A stretch of DNA of 64,000 nt from an uncultured Acidobacteriota bacterium (GTDB lineage: Bacteria; Acidobacteriota; Thermoanaerobaculia; Multivoradales; UBA5704): NCBI GenBank assembly GCA_963770895.1, contig CAVYRF010000001.1, forward strand, positions 1,856,001 to 1,920,000. The letters run 5' to 3'. The notes under the pieces are model-generated. The model was not told where the DNA came from and did no database searches. It worked only from the letters and a program-made list of their open reading frames with translations. Positions 53,460 through 62,636 of the stretch are shown here, piece by piece; positions within the stretch are counted from its first letter, which is position 1, and the number at the start of each line of letters is the position of its first letter. The position numbers and the translations under genes were made by a program.

Positions 53460-54839
53460 ATGCGCAGGTGCATTGCCATGGCCGCTTCCGTCTCTGCCGC
53501 GGGCCTTCTGCTGGCGGCGCTGGCGGGCTGTGGCGACGCGGCGGCGGCGCGGCGCTCGGCGGCGGCCCCGCCGCCTGCCGCTCCGGGTGCGCCGGCGGCG
53601 GCGGTGCCGGCGGTGCCGGCGGCAGGGACGGTGGGTGGTGTGGAAGCAGCGGCGGTCAGGGCAGGCAGCAGCCCGCCGCCGCCGGCAGGGCCGCTGCGGG
53701 TGCGGCGCGGCGACCTGACGTCGGTGCTGCTGCTCAGCGGCGAGCTGCAGGCGGCGCGGGCGGATACGTTGACCGCGCCGCACACGCCTTCGTTCCAGCT
53801 GAAGATCCGCTGGCTGGCCGAAGACGGGGCGGTGGTCGCCGCCGGCCAGCCGGTGGTGCAGTTCGACAACGCGACCTTCGTCGCGCAGCTGGACGACAAG
53901 CGCACCACGGCTTCCACGGCGCGCAGCGAGCTCGAGCGCATCGCGGCCGATGGGCGCTCGGCGGCGGCGGACAAGGGCTTTGCCGTCGAACAGAAGCGCA
54001 CCGATCTGGACAAGGCGCGCCGCGCCGCCGGCGTGCCGCCGGAGCTGCTGCCGCGGCGCGAATACCAGGACCGCCAGCTGGCGATGCAGCGCGCCGAATC
54101 CGAGCTGGCCAAGGCCGAAGACGACCTGGCGGCGCAGCGCACCGCCGCCGCCGCCGACCTGGCGGTGCAGCGGCTGGTGGTGGCCAAGGCGGAGCGCGAC
54201 GTGGCAACCGCGGAAACCGCGATCGGCGCCCTGACGGTGCTGGCGCCGCATGCCGGCATCGTGCTGATCGCGGAGATACCGTGGGAGGGGCGCAAGCTGC
54301 GCGAAGGCGACGACGTCTGGATGGGGATGGCGGTGGCGACGCTCCCCGATACGGCGCCGACCATCGCCGCGGTGTCGCTGTCCGACGTCGACGACGGCAA
54401 GGTGGCCCCCGGCATGGAGGCGGTCTGCTACCTGGACGCCTATCCGGGGACGGCCTACCGCGGGCGCGTCACCGAGGTGGCGAAGGTAGCGCGCGAATCG
54501 GGCCGCACGGCGCTGCTGCGCACCCTGCCGGTGCGCGTGGCGCTCGATCCGCTGCCTGCCGCGGCGGTGCGCCGGCTGCGGCCGGGCATGTCGGTGCGGG
54601 TGGAGATCGCCACCGCGACGGCGCGCGACGCCCTGCTGGTGCCGCGCGCGGCGCTCGATTTCGCCGCCCTGCCGGCGGTGCGCGTGCTGCTGGCGGGCGG
54701 CGGCCAGGCGCCGGTGCGCCTGGGGCCGTGCGACGCCTTCTGGTGCGTGGCGCAAAGCGGCGTCGCCCTGGACCAGGCGTTGCGCCCGGCGCTGGCTGCG
54801 GGCGGCGCGGACGGCGCCGGCGGTGGGGGAGCGGGGTGA
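53460..54839 (+). CDS. Efflux periplasmic adaptor (membrane fusion protein) 1, lipoprotein
   Basis: Lipobox LAGC; lipoyl-like LAEDGAVVAAGQPV, long helical hairpin, APHAGIV, LRPGMS. Confidence 0.85.
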   Translation: MRRCIAMAASVSAAGLLLAALAGCGDAAAARRSAAAPPPAAPGAPAAAVPAVPAAGTVGGVEAAAVRAGSSPPPPAGPLRVRRGDLTSVLLLSGELQAARADTLTAPHTPSFQLKIRWLAEDGAVVAAGQPVVQFDNATFVAQLDDKRTTASTARSELERIAADGRSAAADKGFAVEQKRTDLDKARRAAGVPPELLPRREYQDRQLAMQRAESELAKAEDDLAAQRTAAAADLAVQRLVVAKAERDVATAETAIGALTVLAPHAGIVLIAEIPWEGRKLREGDDVWMGMAVATLPDTAPTIAAVSLSDVDDGKVAPGMEAVCYLDAYPGTAYRGRVTEVAKVARESGRTALLRTLPVRVALDPLPAAAVRRLRPGMSVRVEIATATARDALLVPRAALDFAALPAVRVLLAGGGQAPVRLGPCDAFWCVAQSGVALDQALRPALAAGGADGAGGGGAG

Positions 54840-56104
54840 CCCGGCGGCGCCGGCTGGCGGTCGGGGTGTGCGGCGCGGCGGTGGCGGCTGCCGCGGCGAC
54901 GTGGGCGGTGCTCAACGCCAGCGCCGGCGCCGCCGGCGACCCGCGGTGGGTGGCGGTGCGGCGCCAGGACCTGGTGGTCACGGTGCCGGTCAGCGGTACC
55001 CTCACGGCGCAGAACGCCGCCTACCTGGGGCCGCCCAGCCTGGACGGCGTCTTCGAATACAAGATCACCTTCCTGGCCCCCGAAGGAAGCGCGGTGCGGC
55101 AGGGCCAGGTGGTGCTCGGCTTCGACCCCAGCGACCTGGAAAAGAAGCTGCTGGACCAGACTGCCGAACGCGACGCGGCCGACGAAAAGCTGAAAAAGCT
55201 GCGCGCCGACCTGGAGATGGCACGGCGCACCGACGAGCTGAACCTGGCCCAGGCTGCCGCCGATCGACACAAGGCGGAGCTGCAGCTGGCGGTGCCGCCG
55301 GAGCTGCGCTCGCGCTTCGAGCTGGCCAACGAGCACGCCGACCTGGACCTGGCGGTGCGCAAGGTCGGCTACTACGGCCAGCGCCTGCGCCTGGGCGACG
55401 CGGCGCGCGACGCCCAGGTGGCGGCGCTGGCCGCGGCCCGCGACCACGCCGCGCGCCGCGTCATCCAGGTGCAGGCCGGCATCGCCAGCCTGCAGGTGAC
55501 GGCGCCGCGCGCCGGCACGGTGGTCTACCACGTCGACCGCCAGGGGCTCAAAAAGAAGGTGGGCGACTCGTGCTGGCGCTCCGACGCGGTGGTGGAGATC
55601 CCCGACCTGACGCGCCTCGCGGCCAGCGGCGAAATCGACGAAGCGGACCTGGGGGCCGTCGCCCGCGGCCAGCGCGTCACGCTGCGGCTTGACGCGCACC
55701 CGGAAGTCTCCTTCGCCGGCAGCGTGCTCGCCCAGAAGCCGCAGATCAAGGCCCGCACGCCGCGCGACCCCACCAAGGTGGTGATGGTCGACATTCAGCT
55801 GGCGCAGACCGATCCGCAGCGCATGCGTCCGGGCATGCGCTTCGTCGGCACCGTGGAAGTGGCGCGGGCGCCGCAGGCGGTGGTGGCGCCGCTGGCGGCG
55901 GTGGTGGCGCGCCCCGACGGCGCCTGGGTCTATCGCCGGTCGGGCTTCGGCGTCGAAGCCTTGCGCCCCCGCCTCGGCCGCCACGACGGCACCTGGGTGG
56001 AAGTGCTATCGGGGCTGCGCCCGGGCGACCTGCTGCGGCGCTCCGGAGCGGACCAGCCGCCGGCGTCGCCGGCGCCCGCGGGGCGGCAGCGGGACCAGGC
56101 ATGA
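54836..56104 (+). CDS. Efflux periplasmic adaptor (membrane fusion protein) 2
   Basis: GTG overlapping the previous stop; TM anchor; LAPEGSAVRQGQV, APRAGTV, MRPGMR, VEVLSGLRPGD. Confidence 0.85.
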   Translation: MTRRRRLAVGVCGAAVAAAAATWAVLNASAGAAGDPRWVAVRRQDLVVTVPVSGTLTAQNAAYLGPPSLDGVFEYKITFLAPEGSAVRQGQVVLGFDPSDLEKKLLDQTAERDAADEKLKKLRADLEMARRTDELNLAQAAADRHKAELQLAVPPELRSRFELANEHADLDLAVRKVGYYGQRLRLGDAARDAQVAALAAARDHAARRVIQVQAGIASLQVTAPRAGTVVYHVDRQGLKKKVGDSCWRSDAVVEIPDLTRLAASGEIDEADLGAVARGQRVTLRLDAHPEVSFAGSVLAQKPQIKARTPRDPTKVVMVDIQLAQTDPQRMRPGMRFVGTVEVARAPQAVVAPLAAVVARPDGAWVYRRSGFGVEALRPRLGRHDGTWVEVLSGLRPGDLLRRSGADQPPASPAPAGRQRDQA

Positions 56105-57513
56105 GCGTGCGCCGTTTCCCCGTGCCGGCGCTGTGGTTCGCGGCCATGCTGGTCCTGGCGGCCGTGGTCGTCGCGTCGGTCCTGCTGCCGGGCCGGCGGC
56201 GCGCGACGGGTCCCGGCGGGGCCGCGGCGTCCGGCGGCGCCGGCCTGGCGGAGCGCGGCGGCGTGCCGGTGGCGGCCGTGGTGCGGCGCGACTTCGTGCG
56301 CCTGGTGCCGGCCGAGGGCAACCTGCGGGCGGTGGTTTCGACGCGGATCAACGCGCCCATGTCGGAGGACGGGGCGATGCGCATCGCCTGGATCGCCGAC
56401 GACGGCAGTGAAGTTGCCGCCGGCGCGCCGCTGGTGCGCTTCGACCCGAGCGAGATCGAAAAGACCCTTGCCGACGGCGAGGCGGACCTCGCCAGCGCCC
56501 GCCTCAAGGCGGACAAGGAGCGGTCGAACGACCGCACCGCCATCACCAAGCTGGAGCGGGACGCGGCCATGGCCGAACGCGAGCTGGCCAGCGCCCGGCA
56601 GTTCCAGAAGAAAGACGCGACGCTGTTTTCGCGCCACGACATCGTCGAGTCGGAGATCGACCAGGGGCTGGCGGTCGAAAAGCAGCGCGTCGCCCGCGCC
56701 CAGGAGGTGGCCAGCAAGGCGCAGGAGCAGGCTGGGCTGGGGCTGCTGGCGGTGGACATCCGCAAGGCGGAGGCGAAGATCCGCCGTGCGCGGGCGAGCC
56801 TCCAGGCGATCGCGGTGACCGCGCCGCACGCCGGCATCTTCATCTTGCAGCACGACATGTCGCCCGAGCCGCCGCACGTCGGCGACACGGTGTGGCCGGG
56901 CCAGGGGCTGGCGGAGATCCCCGATCTCTCCCGCATGCAGGCCGAGGTCTACGTGCTGGAGGCCGACGCCGGCGGCCTGGCGGCCGGCGAGGCGGCAACG
57001 GTCCAGGTCGACGCCGACCCGGGCACCCAGATGCCGGCGCGCGTGGCGCGCGTGGCCTCGGTGCCGAAGCCGCGCCTGCGCGGGTCGCCGGTGCAGTATT
57101 TCGAAGTCGACCTGAAGCTCACCGGCGCCGCCGGTGCCGCGCCGCCGGCACACGCGCTCAAGCCCGGCGAACGGGTCAGCGCCGTGCTGCGCCTTGCCGA
57201 GCGGCGCGGCGCCCTGGTGGCGCCGCGCGAAGCGGTGTTCGAGCGCGACGGCAGGCCGGTGGTCTACCGCTGGCAGCCGCAGGCGTCGAGCTTCGAAGCG
57301 GTGCCGGTGACGCTCGGCCCCGCCGGCACGGCCGTCGCCGTGCTCGACGGCGGCGTCGCGACCGGCGACCTGCTGGCCCTGCGCGACCCGACGCGGCCCG
57401 CGGCCGCCGGCGCGCCCGCACCTTCCGCCGCCGGCGGCGGCGCCACCCGCTCCGGCGCGGCCGCGGCGTCTCCCGCGGGCGCCCTCCCGGCGGTCGGGCA
57501 GGACCGACTGTAA
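56101..57513 (+). CDS. Efflux periplasmic adaptor (membrane fusion protein) 3
   Basis: TM anchor; IADDGSEVAAGAPL, APHAGIF, IPDLSRM, LKPGE. Confidence 0.85.
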   Translation: MSVRRFPVPALWFAAMLVLAAVVVASVLLPGRRRATGPGGAAASGGAGLAERGGVPVAAVVRRDFVRLVPAEGNLRAVVSTRINAPMSEDGAMRIAWIADDGSEVAAGAPLVRFDPSEIEKTLADGEADLASARLKADKERSNDRTAITKLERDAAMAERELASARQFQKKDATLFSRHDIVESEIDQGLAVEKQRVARAQEVASKAQEQAGLGLLAVDIRKAEAKIRRARASLQAIAVTAPHAGIFILQHDMSPEPPHVGDTVWPGQGLAEIPDLSRMQAEVYVLEADAGGLAAGEAATVQVDADPGTQMPARVARVASVPKPRLRGSPVQYFEVDLKLTGAAGAAPPAHALKPGERVSAVLRLAERRGALVAPREAVFERDGRPVVYRWQPQASSFEAVPVTLGPAGTAVAVLDGGVATGDLLALRDPTRPAAAGAPAPSAAGGGATRSGAAAASPAGALPAVGQDRL

Positions 57514-57516
57514 TCA

Positions 57517-58758
57517 ATGGACGCGAGCGAAGCACTGCGCGCTGCGCTGCGCAGCCTGGCGGCGCACAAGCTGCGTTCTGCGCTCGCCATGCTGGGCATG
57601 ATCTTCGGCGTCGGCGCGGTGATCGCCATGCTGTCGATCGGCGCCGGCGCCGAGCGGCAGGCGTTGGCGATGATCGACCGCCTGGGCCTGTCCAACGTCG
57701 TGGTGCGGGCCAAGACGTTCAAGGACGAGGACCTGCAGGAGATCCGCCGCCGCTCGGCGGGCCTGTCGGCGCGCGACGCGGCCGCCATCGCCGAGGCGGT
57801 GCCCGGCGTCAGCGCGGTGGCGCCGCGGGTGCGCATCGATCCCTACAAGGTGCTGTCGCCGGAGGGCCGGGCGCAGGCGCCGGCGGTCTACGGCGTCGTC
57901 CCGGCGCAGGCCGAGCTGTCGCACCTGGCGGTGGCGGACGGCCGGTTCCTGGATGCGCTCGACGAGCGCTCCCACGCCCAGGTCTGCGTCATCGGCCCGG
58001 CGGTGCGCGAACAGCTCTTCGGCTACGGCCCGGCGCTGGGCCGCCGCCTGAAGGTCAACGACGTCTGGCTGGAGGTCGTCGGCGTGCTGGCGGTCGCCGA
58101 CGGTGCCGGCGGCGACAGCTTCGAAGGGGTCACGGTGGGGTCGCCCGCCAACGAGATCTACCTGCCGGCGTCGACCGCCGAGCGCAAGTTCGAGCGCCCG
58201 GTGCTGCGCTCGCCGCTCGACGAGATCGTCGTCCGCCTGGACGGCGGCGTGCGCGGCAGCCAGGCGGCGGTGCCGATCGGCGACCTGCTGGCGCGCCTGC
58301 ATGCCGGCGCCGCCGACTACGAAGTGGTGGTGCCGGAGGCGCTGCTGGCCCAGAGCCGGCGCACCCAGCGCCTGTTCGACCTGGTGATGGGGTGCATCGC
58401 CGGGATCTCGCTGCTGGTGGGCGGCATCGGCATCATGAACATCATGCTCGCCACCGTCCTCGAACGCACCCACGAGATCGGCCTGCGCCGCGCCGTCGGA
58501 GCGCGGCGCGGCGACATCCGCTTTCAGTTCGTGGTCGAATCGTTCGCCATCAGCCTGACCGGCGGCGCCGCCGGCGTCGTCGCCGGCATCGCCATCGCCC
58601 GCGCCATCGCCGCCCTGGCCGGCTGGCAGACCCTGGTCACCGGTACCGCCATCCTGCTGTCCACCGGCGTGGCCATGGCCGTGGGCCTCGCCTCGGGCAT
58701 CTATCCGGCCACCCGCGCCGCCTCGCTCGACCCTATCGACGCCCTGCGCTACGAGTGA
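57517..58758 (+). CDS. MacB/FtsX-type ABC transporter permease (no ATPase domain)
   Basis: HKLRSALAMLGMIFGVGAVI, ISLLVGGIGIMNIMLATVLERTHEIGLRRAVGA, PATRAASLDPIDALRYE. Confidence 0.93.
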   Translation: MDASEALRAALRSLAAHKLRSALAMLGMIFGVGAVIAMLSIGAGAERQALAMIDRLGLSNVVVRAKTFKDEDLQEIRRRSAGLSARDAAAIAEAVPGVSAVAPRVRIDPYKVLSPEGRAQAPAVYGVVPAQAELSHLAVADGRFLDALDERSHAQVCVIGPAVREQLFGYGPALGRRLKVNDVWLEVVGVLAVADGAGGDSFEGVTVGSPANEIYLPASTAERKFERPVLRSPLDEIVVRLDGGVRGSQAAVPIGDLLARLHAGAADYEVVVPEALLAQSRRTQRLFDLVMGCIAGISLLVGGIGIMNIMLATVLERTHEIGLRRAVGARRGDIRFQFVVESFAISLTGGAAGVVAGIAIARAIAALAGWQTLVTGTAILLSTGVAMAVGLASGIYPATRAASLDPIDALRYE

Positions 58759-58980
58759 GCCGGCGCTGCCGCGCCGCAGGCTGCCCGGCCGCCGGGTCGC
58801 CGGCCGGCAAACCTGCGTCGCGCGCGGCCGGCGGGCGCAAACGCGGCGTCAGAAGCGTCAGGCAGACATTTTTCTTCGCTTTTGGAAAAGAATCTCTATC
58901 TCCTACACGCTAGGGAGGGTATCGGACGGCGGGCGACCTTGGGGGCCGCCCGGCCAGCCCGTGCCGGAAAGGTAGAGGTT

Positions 58981-59265
58981 ATGTCTTCCCGCAAATGCTT
59001 GAAGTCTGTCGTTTTGTCCCTGCTTCTGATGGGCTCTCTGGGGGCCTCTGTTGCCACGGCCGCCACAGCGACGCCGGCGAAGCCGTCGCAGGCGCCGTCC
59101 ATCTCCACGGCTGCGGCCTGGGACGTGCTGGGTGGGCTGCGCGACCTGGTGCTGCGTCTGGGGGCCACCTTCAGCTTGCCTGTTCCGGCGCGGGCCGGGG
59201 CGCCGCGGCCGCCTGTCACGACGCTGTGCGTCGCGGGCATGGACCCGAACGGCATGTGTAAGTAG
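58981..59265 (+). CDS. Small secreted peptide (94 aa) ending in the Cys-flanked motif CVAGMDPNGMCK
   Basis: GAGG before ATG 58981; Sec signal (MSSRKCLKSVVLSLLLMGSLGASVATA), amphipathic middle, compact C-terminal motif. Confidence 0.7.
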   Translation: MSSRKCLKSVVLSLLLMGSLGASVATAATATPAKPSQAPSISTAAAWDVLGGLRDLVLRLGATFSLPVPARAGAPRPPVTTLCVAGMDPNGMCK

Positions 59266-59470
59266 CCGTCCGGCTACGGCTCTGCGCGAGCCGCAACACA
59301 CCGTCCTGGCGCCGGCGGTCCTCGCCGGCGCTGCTTTTCGCGGCGCTCCTGCCGCCACCACCGCCGCCGCCGCCGCAGGCGCCGCCGGGCTGGTCCCTTC
59401 GGGGTGTACAATGTCGCGCAAACACAGAATCTCTGGTTCTATGTCTATGAAGGTTTGCCACGGAGGGCAC

Positions 59471-60808
59471 ATGGCGCAGGAGCACTTCTCGGTCGAAACG
59501 TACCAGCGATTCCTCGAGCAAAAGGCCACGCGCGAAGAGACGCTCCTGGTGGTGCGCCACCTGCTCAGCGAGTGCCCGGTGTGCCAGGAGCTCGCCGGCA
59601 GCGTGGCCCTGGCGGGCGGCTACTGGTCGCCCAGGCCCGGCGCCGCCCAGGCGGACTACGGCCGCGTCATCCGCTCCGTGCAGCGCGCCTCCGAAGAACA
59701 GGCGCATCGCATGGCGGTGGCGCGCCTGCGCGGCTGGGGCCAGTGGGCCTCGCTCGACGCCCTGGCTCCCGCCGACCGCCTGGAGTTGGTCATCGCCGGC
59801 AGCCAGTACCACCATTGGGGGTTCTATCGGTCGCTGCTCGACGCCAGCCGCTGGTACAGCCTGCGCGACCCCCGCGAAGCGGTGGACATCATGCTGCTCG
59901 CCATGACCGTCAGCGAGCTGCTCGAGCCCGCGGCGGTCGGCGGCGAACAGGCGGCGTTCGACCTGCGGGCCAAGGGCCGCGCCATCCTCGCCAACGCCCG
60001 CCGGCTGGCGGCCGACCTGGACGGGGCGCGCGCCGACCTGGACGCCGCCTGGCGGCTGCACGCGCAGGGCACCGGCGACCCGCTGGAAAGGGCGCAGATC
60101 ATCAGCTTCGACGCCTCCTGGTCGCGCACCGTGGGGCAGCTTGAAGTCGCCGAAGCGACGCTCGACGAAGCGCTCCGCATCTATCGCGCCGCCGGCGACC
60201 GCCACATGCAGGGGCGGACGCTGCTGCAGATGGGCAACGCGATCGGCTACGCCGATCCGCTGCGGGCGCTGGGCCACATCAAGCTGGGCCTGCGGCTCAT
60301 CGACGCCAGGCGCGAGCCGCGGCTGGAGCTGTGCGGCAAGCACGACATGGCCTATTTCCTGGCCAATGCCGGCCGGCCGCAGGAAGCCGTGGCGGCGTTC
60401 GAAGCCGCGCGGCCGCTGTTCAAGCAGTTCCCCGACGACTGGGCGCAGCTGCGCCAGCAGTGGCTGCAGGGCACGATCGCCCGCGCTCTCGGCCACCTCG
60501 CCGAGGCCACCAGCATCTTCCGCCAGGTCTGGGAAGAGTTCCGCGCCCGCGACCTGCGCTTCGAGCTGGTCATGGTCTCGATCGACCTCGCCGAAGCGCT
60601 CGCCGCCACCGGCCAATGCGACACCGCCGCCCAACTGATCGCCGAAGTGCACCCCATCCTCGCCAGCTGGCGCCTCCCCCGGCACAGCCTGGCGGCGTGG
60701 CTCACCTTCCAGCAGATCGTCGAGACCCAGCGCCAGCTCGACGTCTTCGCCAGCGCCCGCCTGTTCTACCGGCGGCACTGGATCCAACCCGCCGACTTCA
60801 CCGCCTGA
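59471..60808 (+). CDS. TPR-like helical-repeat protein with N-terminal zf-HC2-like motif
   Basis: GGAGG before ATG 59471; VRHLLSECPVC; repeated helices such as LANARRLAADLDGA, AEATLDEALRIY, LANAGRPQEA, ARALGHLAEA. Confidence 0.75.
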   Translation: MAQEHFSVETYQRFLEQKATREETLLVVRHLLSECPVCQELAGSVALAGGYWSPRPGAAQADYGRVIRSVQRASEEQAHRMAVARLRGWGQWASLDALAPADRLELVIAGSQYHHWGFYRSLLDASRWYSLRDPREAVDIMLLAMTVSELLEPAAVGGEQAAFDLRAKGRAILANARRLAADLDGARADLDAAWRLHAQGTGDPLERAQIISFDASWSRTVGQLEVAEATLDEALRIYRAAGDRHMQGRTLLQMGNAIGYADPLRALGHIKLGLRLIDARREPRLELCGKHDMAYFLANAGRPQEAVAAFEAARPLFKQFPDDWAQLRQQWLQGTIARALGHLAEATSIFRQVWEEFRARDLRFELVMVSIDLAEALAATGQCDTAAQLIAEVHPILASWRLPRHSLAAWLTFQQIVETQRQLDVFASARLFYRRHWIQPADFTA

Positions 60809-60869
60809 GGCGTTTCTGCAATAGACTTGAGGGGCGGATTTGCGACTTCAAGGTCAGGAGATACGGCCC

Positions 60870-61904
60870 ATGTGGACGATGGCGGGGGGCGTTGTGCGGC
60901 GGCTCGGCAGCAGGAGCCGCGGTGGCAGGTTGGCAGTCGTGGCGCTGGCGGTGGCGCTGGCGGTGGCGATCGGGATGTGGGTGGGCGGCGGCAGGCCCGG
61001 CGCGCTGGCCGCGGCGCCGGCACCACCGGCACCGCCGCCGCAGCAGCAGGACTTTTCCAAGGTTGAGATCAAGGTGGTGCCGGCCGCGGGCAAGGTGTCG
61101 ATGCTGATGGGCTCCGGCGGCAATATCGGCGTGTCGGCGGGGGAAGACGGCCTGCTCATGGTGGACGACGAATTCGAGCCGCTGGCGCCCAAGATCCAGG
61201 CCGCGCTGGACGGCCTGGGCAAGGGCAAGCTCAAGTTCCTGGTCAACACCCATTGGCACGGCGACCACACCGGCAGCAACCGCGTCTTCGGCGCGCAGGT
61301 CCCCATCCTGGCGCAGACCAACGTGCGGCGCCGGATGTCGAGCGAACAGACGGTGATGGGTCAGAAGACTCCGCCGTCGCCCAAGGTGGCGCTGCCGGTC
61401 ATCACCTTCGACCAGTCGATCTCGGTGCACTGGAACGGCGAAGAGATCAAAGTCATCCATTTCCCGCACGGCCACACCGACGGCGACAGCGTGATCTTCT
61501 TCACCGGCTCGAACGTGGTGCACATGGGCGACGACTTCTTTGCCAACGACAACTATCCGTTCGTCGACCTGGCGAGCGGTGGCAGCGTCCAGGGGCTGGC
61601 GGCCAACGTCGGCAGCGTCCTCGCCCTGCTGCCGCCGGACGTGAAGGTCATCCCGGGGCACGGCACGCTGGGCACCAAGGCCGACCTGGAGCGCTTCCAC
61701 ACCATGCTGGTGGACACCATCGAAAGCGTCCGTCACCGCATGCAGGCGGGGGAAAGCCTGCAACAGATGCAGACCGAGGGTTTCCCTGAGCCGTACAAGA
61801 GCGCCTGGGGCCACGGTTTTGTGGACGCCAAGCTCTGGACCATGACCATTCACGACAGCCTGGCCGCCGCCGGCAAGGATGCCGCCCCGGCGCCGGCGCA
61901 CTGA
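60870..61904 (+). CDS. Secreted metallo-beta-lactamase-fold hydrolase (cyclase-like)
   Basis: NTHWHGDHTG (HxHxDH), GHTDGD, HMGD, IPGHG; signal-like N-terminus; AGGAG upstream. Confidence 0.9.
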   Translation: MWTMAGGVVRRLGSRSRGGRLAVVALAVALAVAIGMWVGGGRPGALAAAPAPPAPPPQQQDFSKVEIKVVPAAGKVSMLMGSGGNIGVSAGEDGLLMVDDEFEPLAPKIQAALDGLGKGKLKFLVNTHWHGDHTGSNRVFGAQVPILAQTNVRRRMSSEQTVMGQKTPPSPKVALPVITFDQSISVHWNGEEIKVIHFPHGHTDGDSVIFFTGSNVVHMGDDFFANDNYPFVDLASGGSVQGLAANVGSVLALLPPDVKVIPGHGTLGTKADLERFHTMLVDTIESVRHRMQAGESLQQMQTEGFPEPYKSAWGHGFVDAKLWTMTIHDSLAAAGKDAAPAPAH

Positions 61905-62067
61905 TCGTTCGCTGCGCGCAGCACGCTGCACGTAGCGACACCGCATCGCCGCCAGGGCGCAGGTCCTGGCGGCGGCCCGGCCCTCGACCATACCGCTTCG
62001 TCATGCCCGCCGACTCGATCGATCGTCCGCTGCATTGGCCGGCGCCGCGCCGCCAGGGAGAGCTTCC

Positions 62068-62616
62068 ATGCTGATCTTCATCGGCATCACGGTGGCGGGA
62101 TTCGTCCTGCTGGTCGGCGGTTCGCTCTTCGGCCACGACCACGACGTGGACCACGGCCACGACGGGCACGTCGATCATGACGCGGGCGGCGAGCCGACGG
62201 TCAGCCTGTTTTCGCTGCGGGTCATCGGCACTTTCATCATGGGGTTCGGCGCCGGCGGCGCCATCGGCGCCCACTACGGCCTGAGCGACATCCCGGCGTC
62301 GCTCGTCGGGCTCGGCACGGGTGCCCTGATGGGGCTGGCGATGTACGGCATCCTGCACCTGATCTACGGGCAGCAATCCACATCCATCGTCGCCACCGCC
62401 AATGCGGTCGGGCGCGTGGGAACGGTCACCGTCCCGATCGCCGCGGGCGGTACCGGCCAGGTCGAGCTCACGCTCCAGGGTCAGCACCGCGCCTACATCG
62501 CGCGGTCGGCCGCGGGCGAAGCCATTGCCAAAGGCAGCAACGTCACCGTCGTGCGGACCGCCGGCAGCCAGGTCGTCGTGCAGGAAGACCGCGGCAGCCC
62601 GCCGGCCGCGTCGTAA
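62068..62616 (+). CDS. NfeD-like membrane protein (flotillin partner)
   Basis: TM helix, His/Asp-rich loop, further TM helices, C-terminal OB-fold (VGRVGTVTVPI..GTGQV...AIAKG..V.VV). Confidence 0.82.
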   Translation: MLIFIGITVAGFVLLVGGSLFGHDHDVDHGHDGHVDHDAGGEPTVSLFSLRVIGTFIMGFGAGGAIGAHYGLSDIPASLVGLGTGALMGLAMYGILHLIYGQQSTSIVATANAVGRVGTVTVPIAAGGTGQVELTLQGQHRAYIARSAAGEAIAKGSNVTVVRTAGSQVVVQEDRGSPPAAS

Positions 62617-62636
62617 CACGTCGCAGGAGGTTCGTC

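Noticed and set aside
60870-61904. Antibiotic-resistance call for the MBL-fold protein or the penicillin acylase
   Set aside because: The motifs identify only broad hydrolase families; beta-lactam activity cannot be inferred from them.
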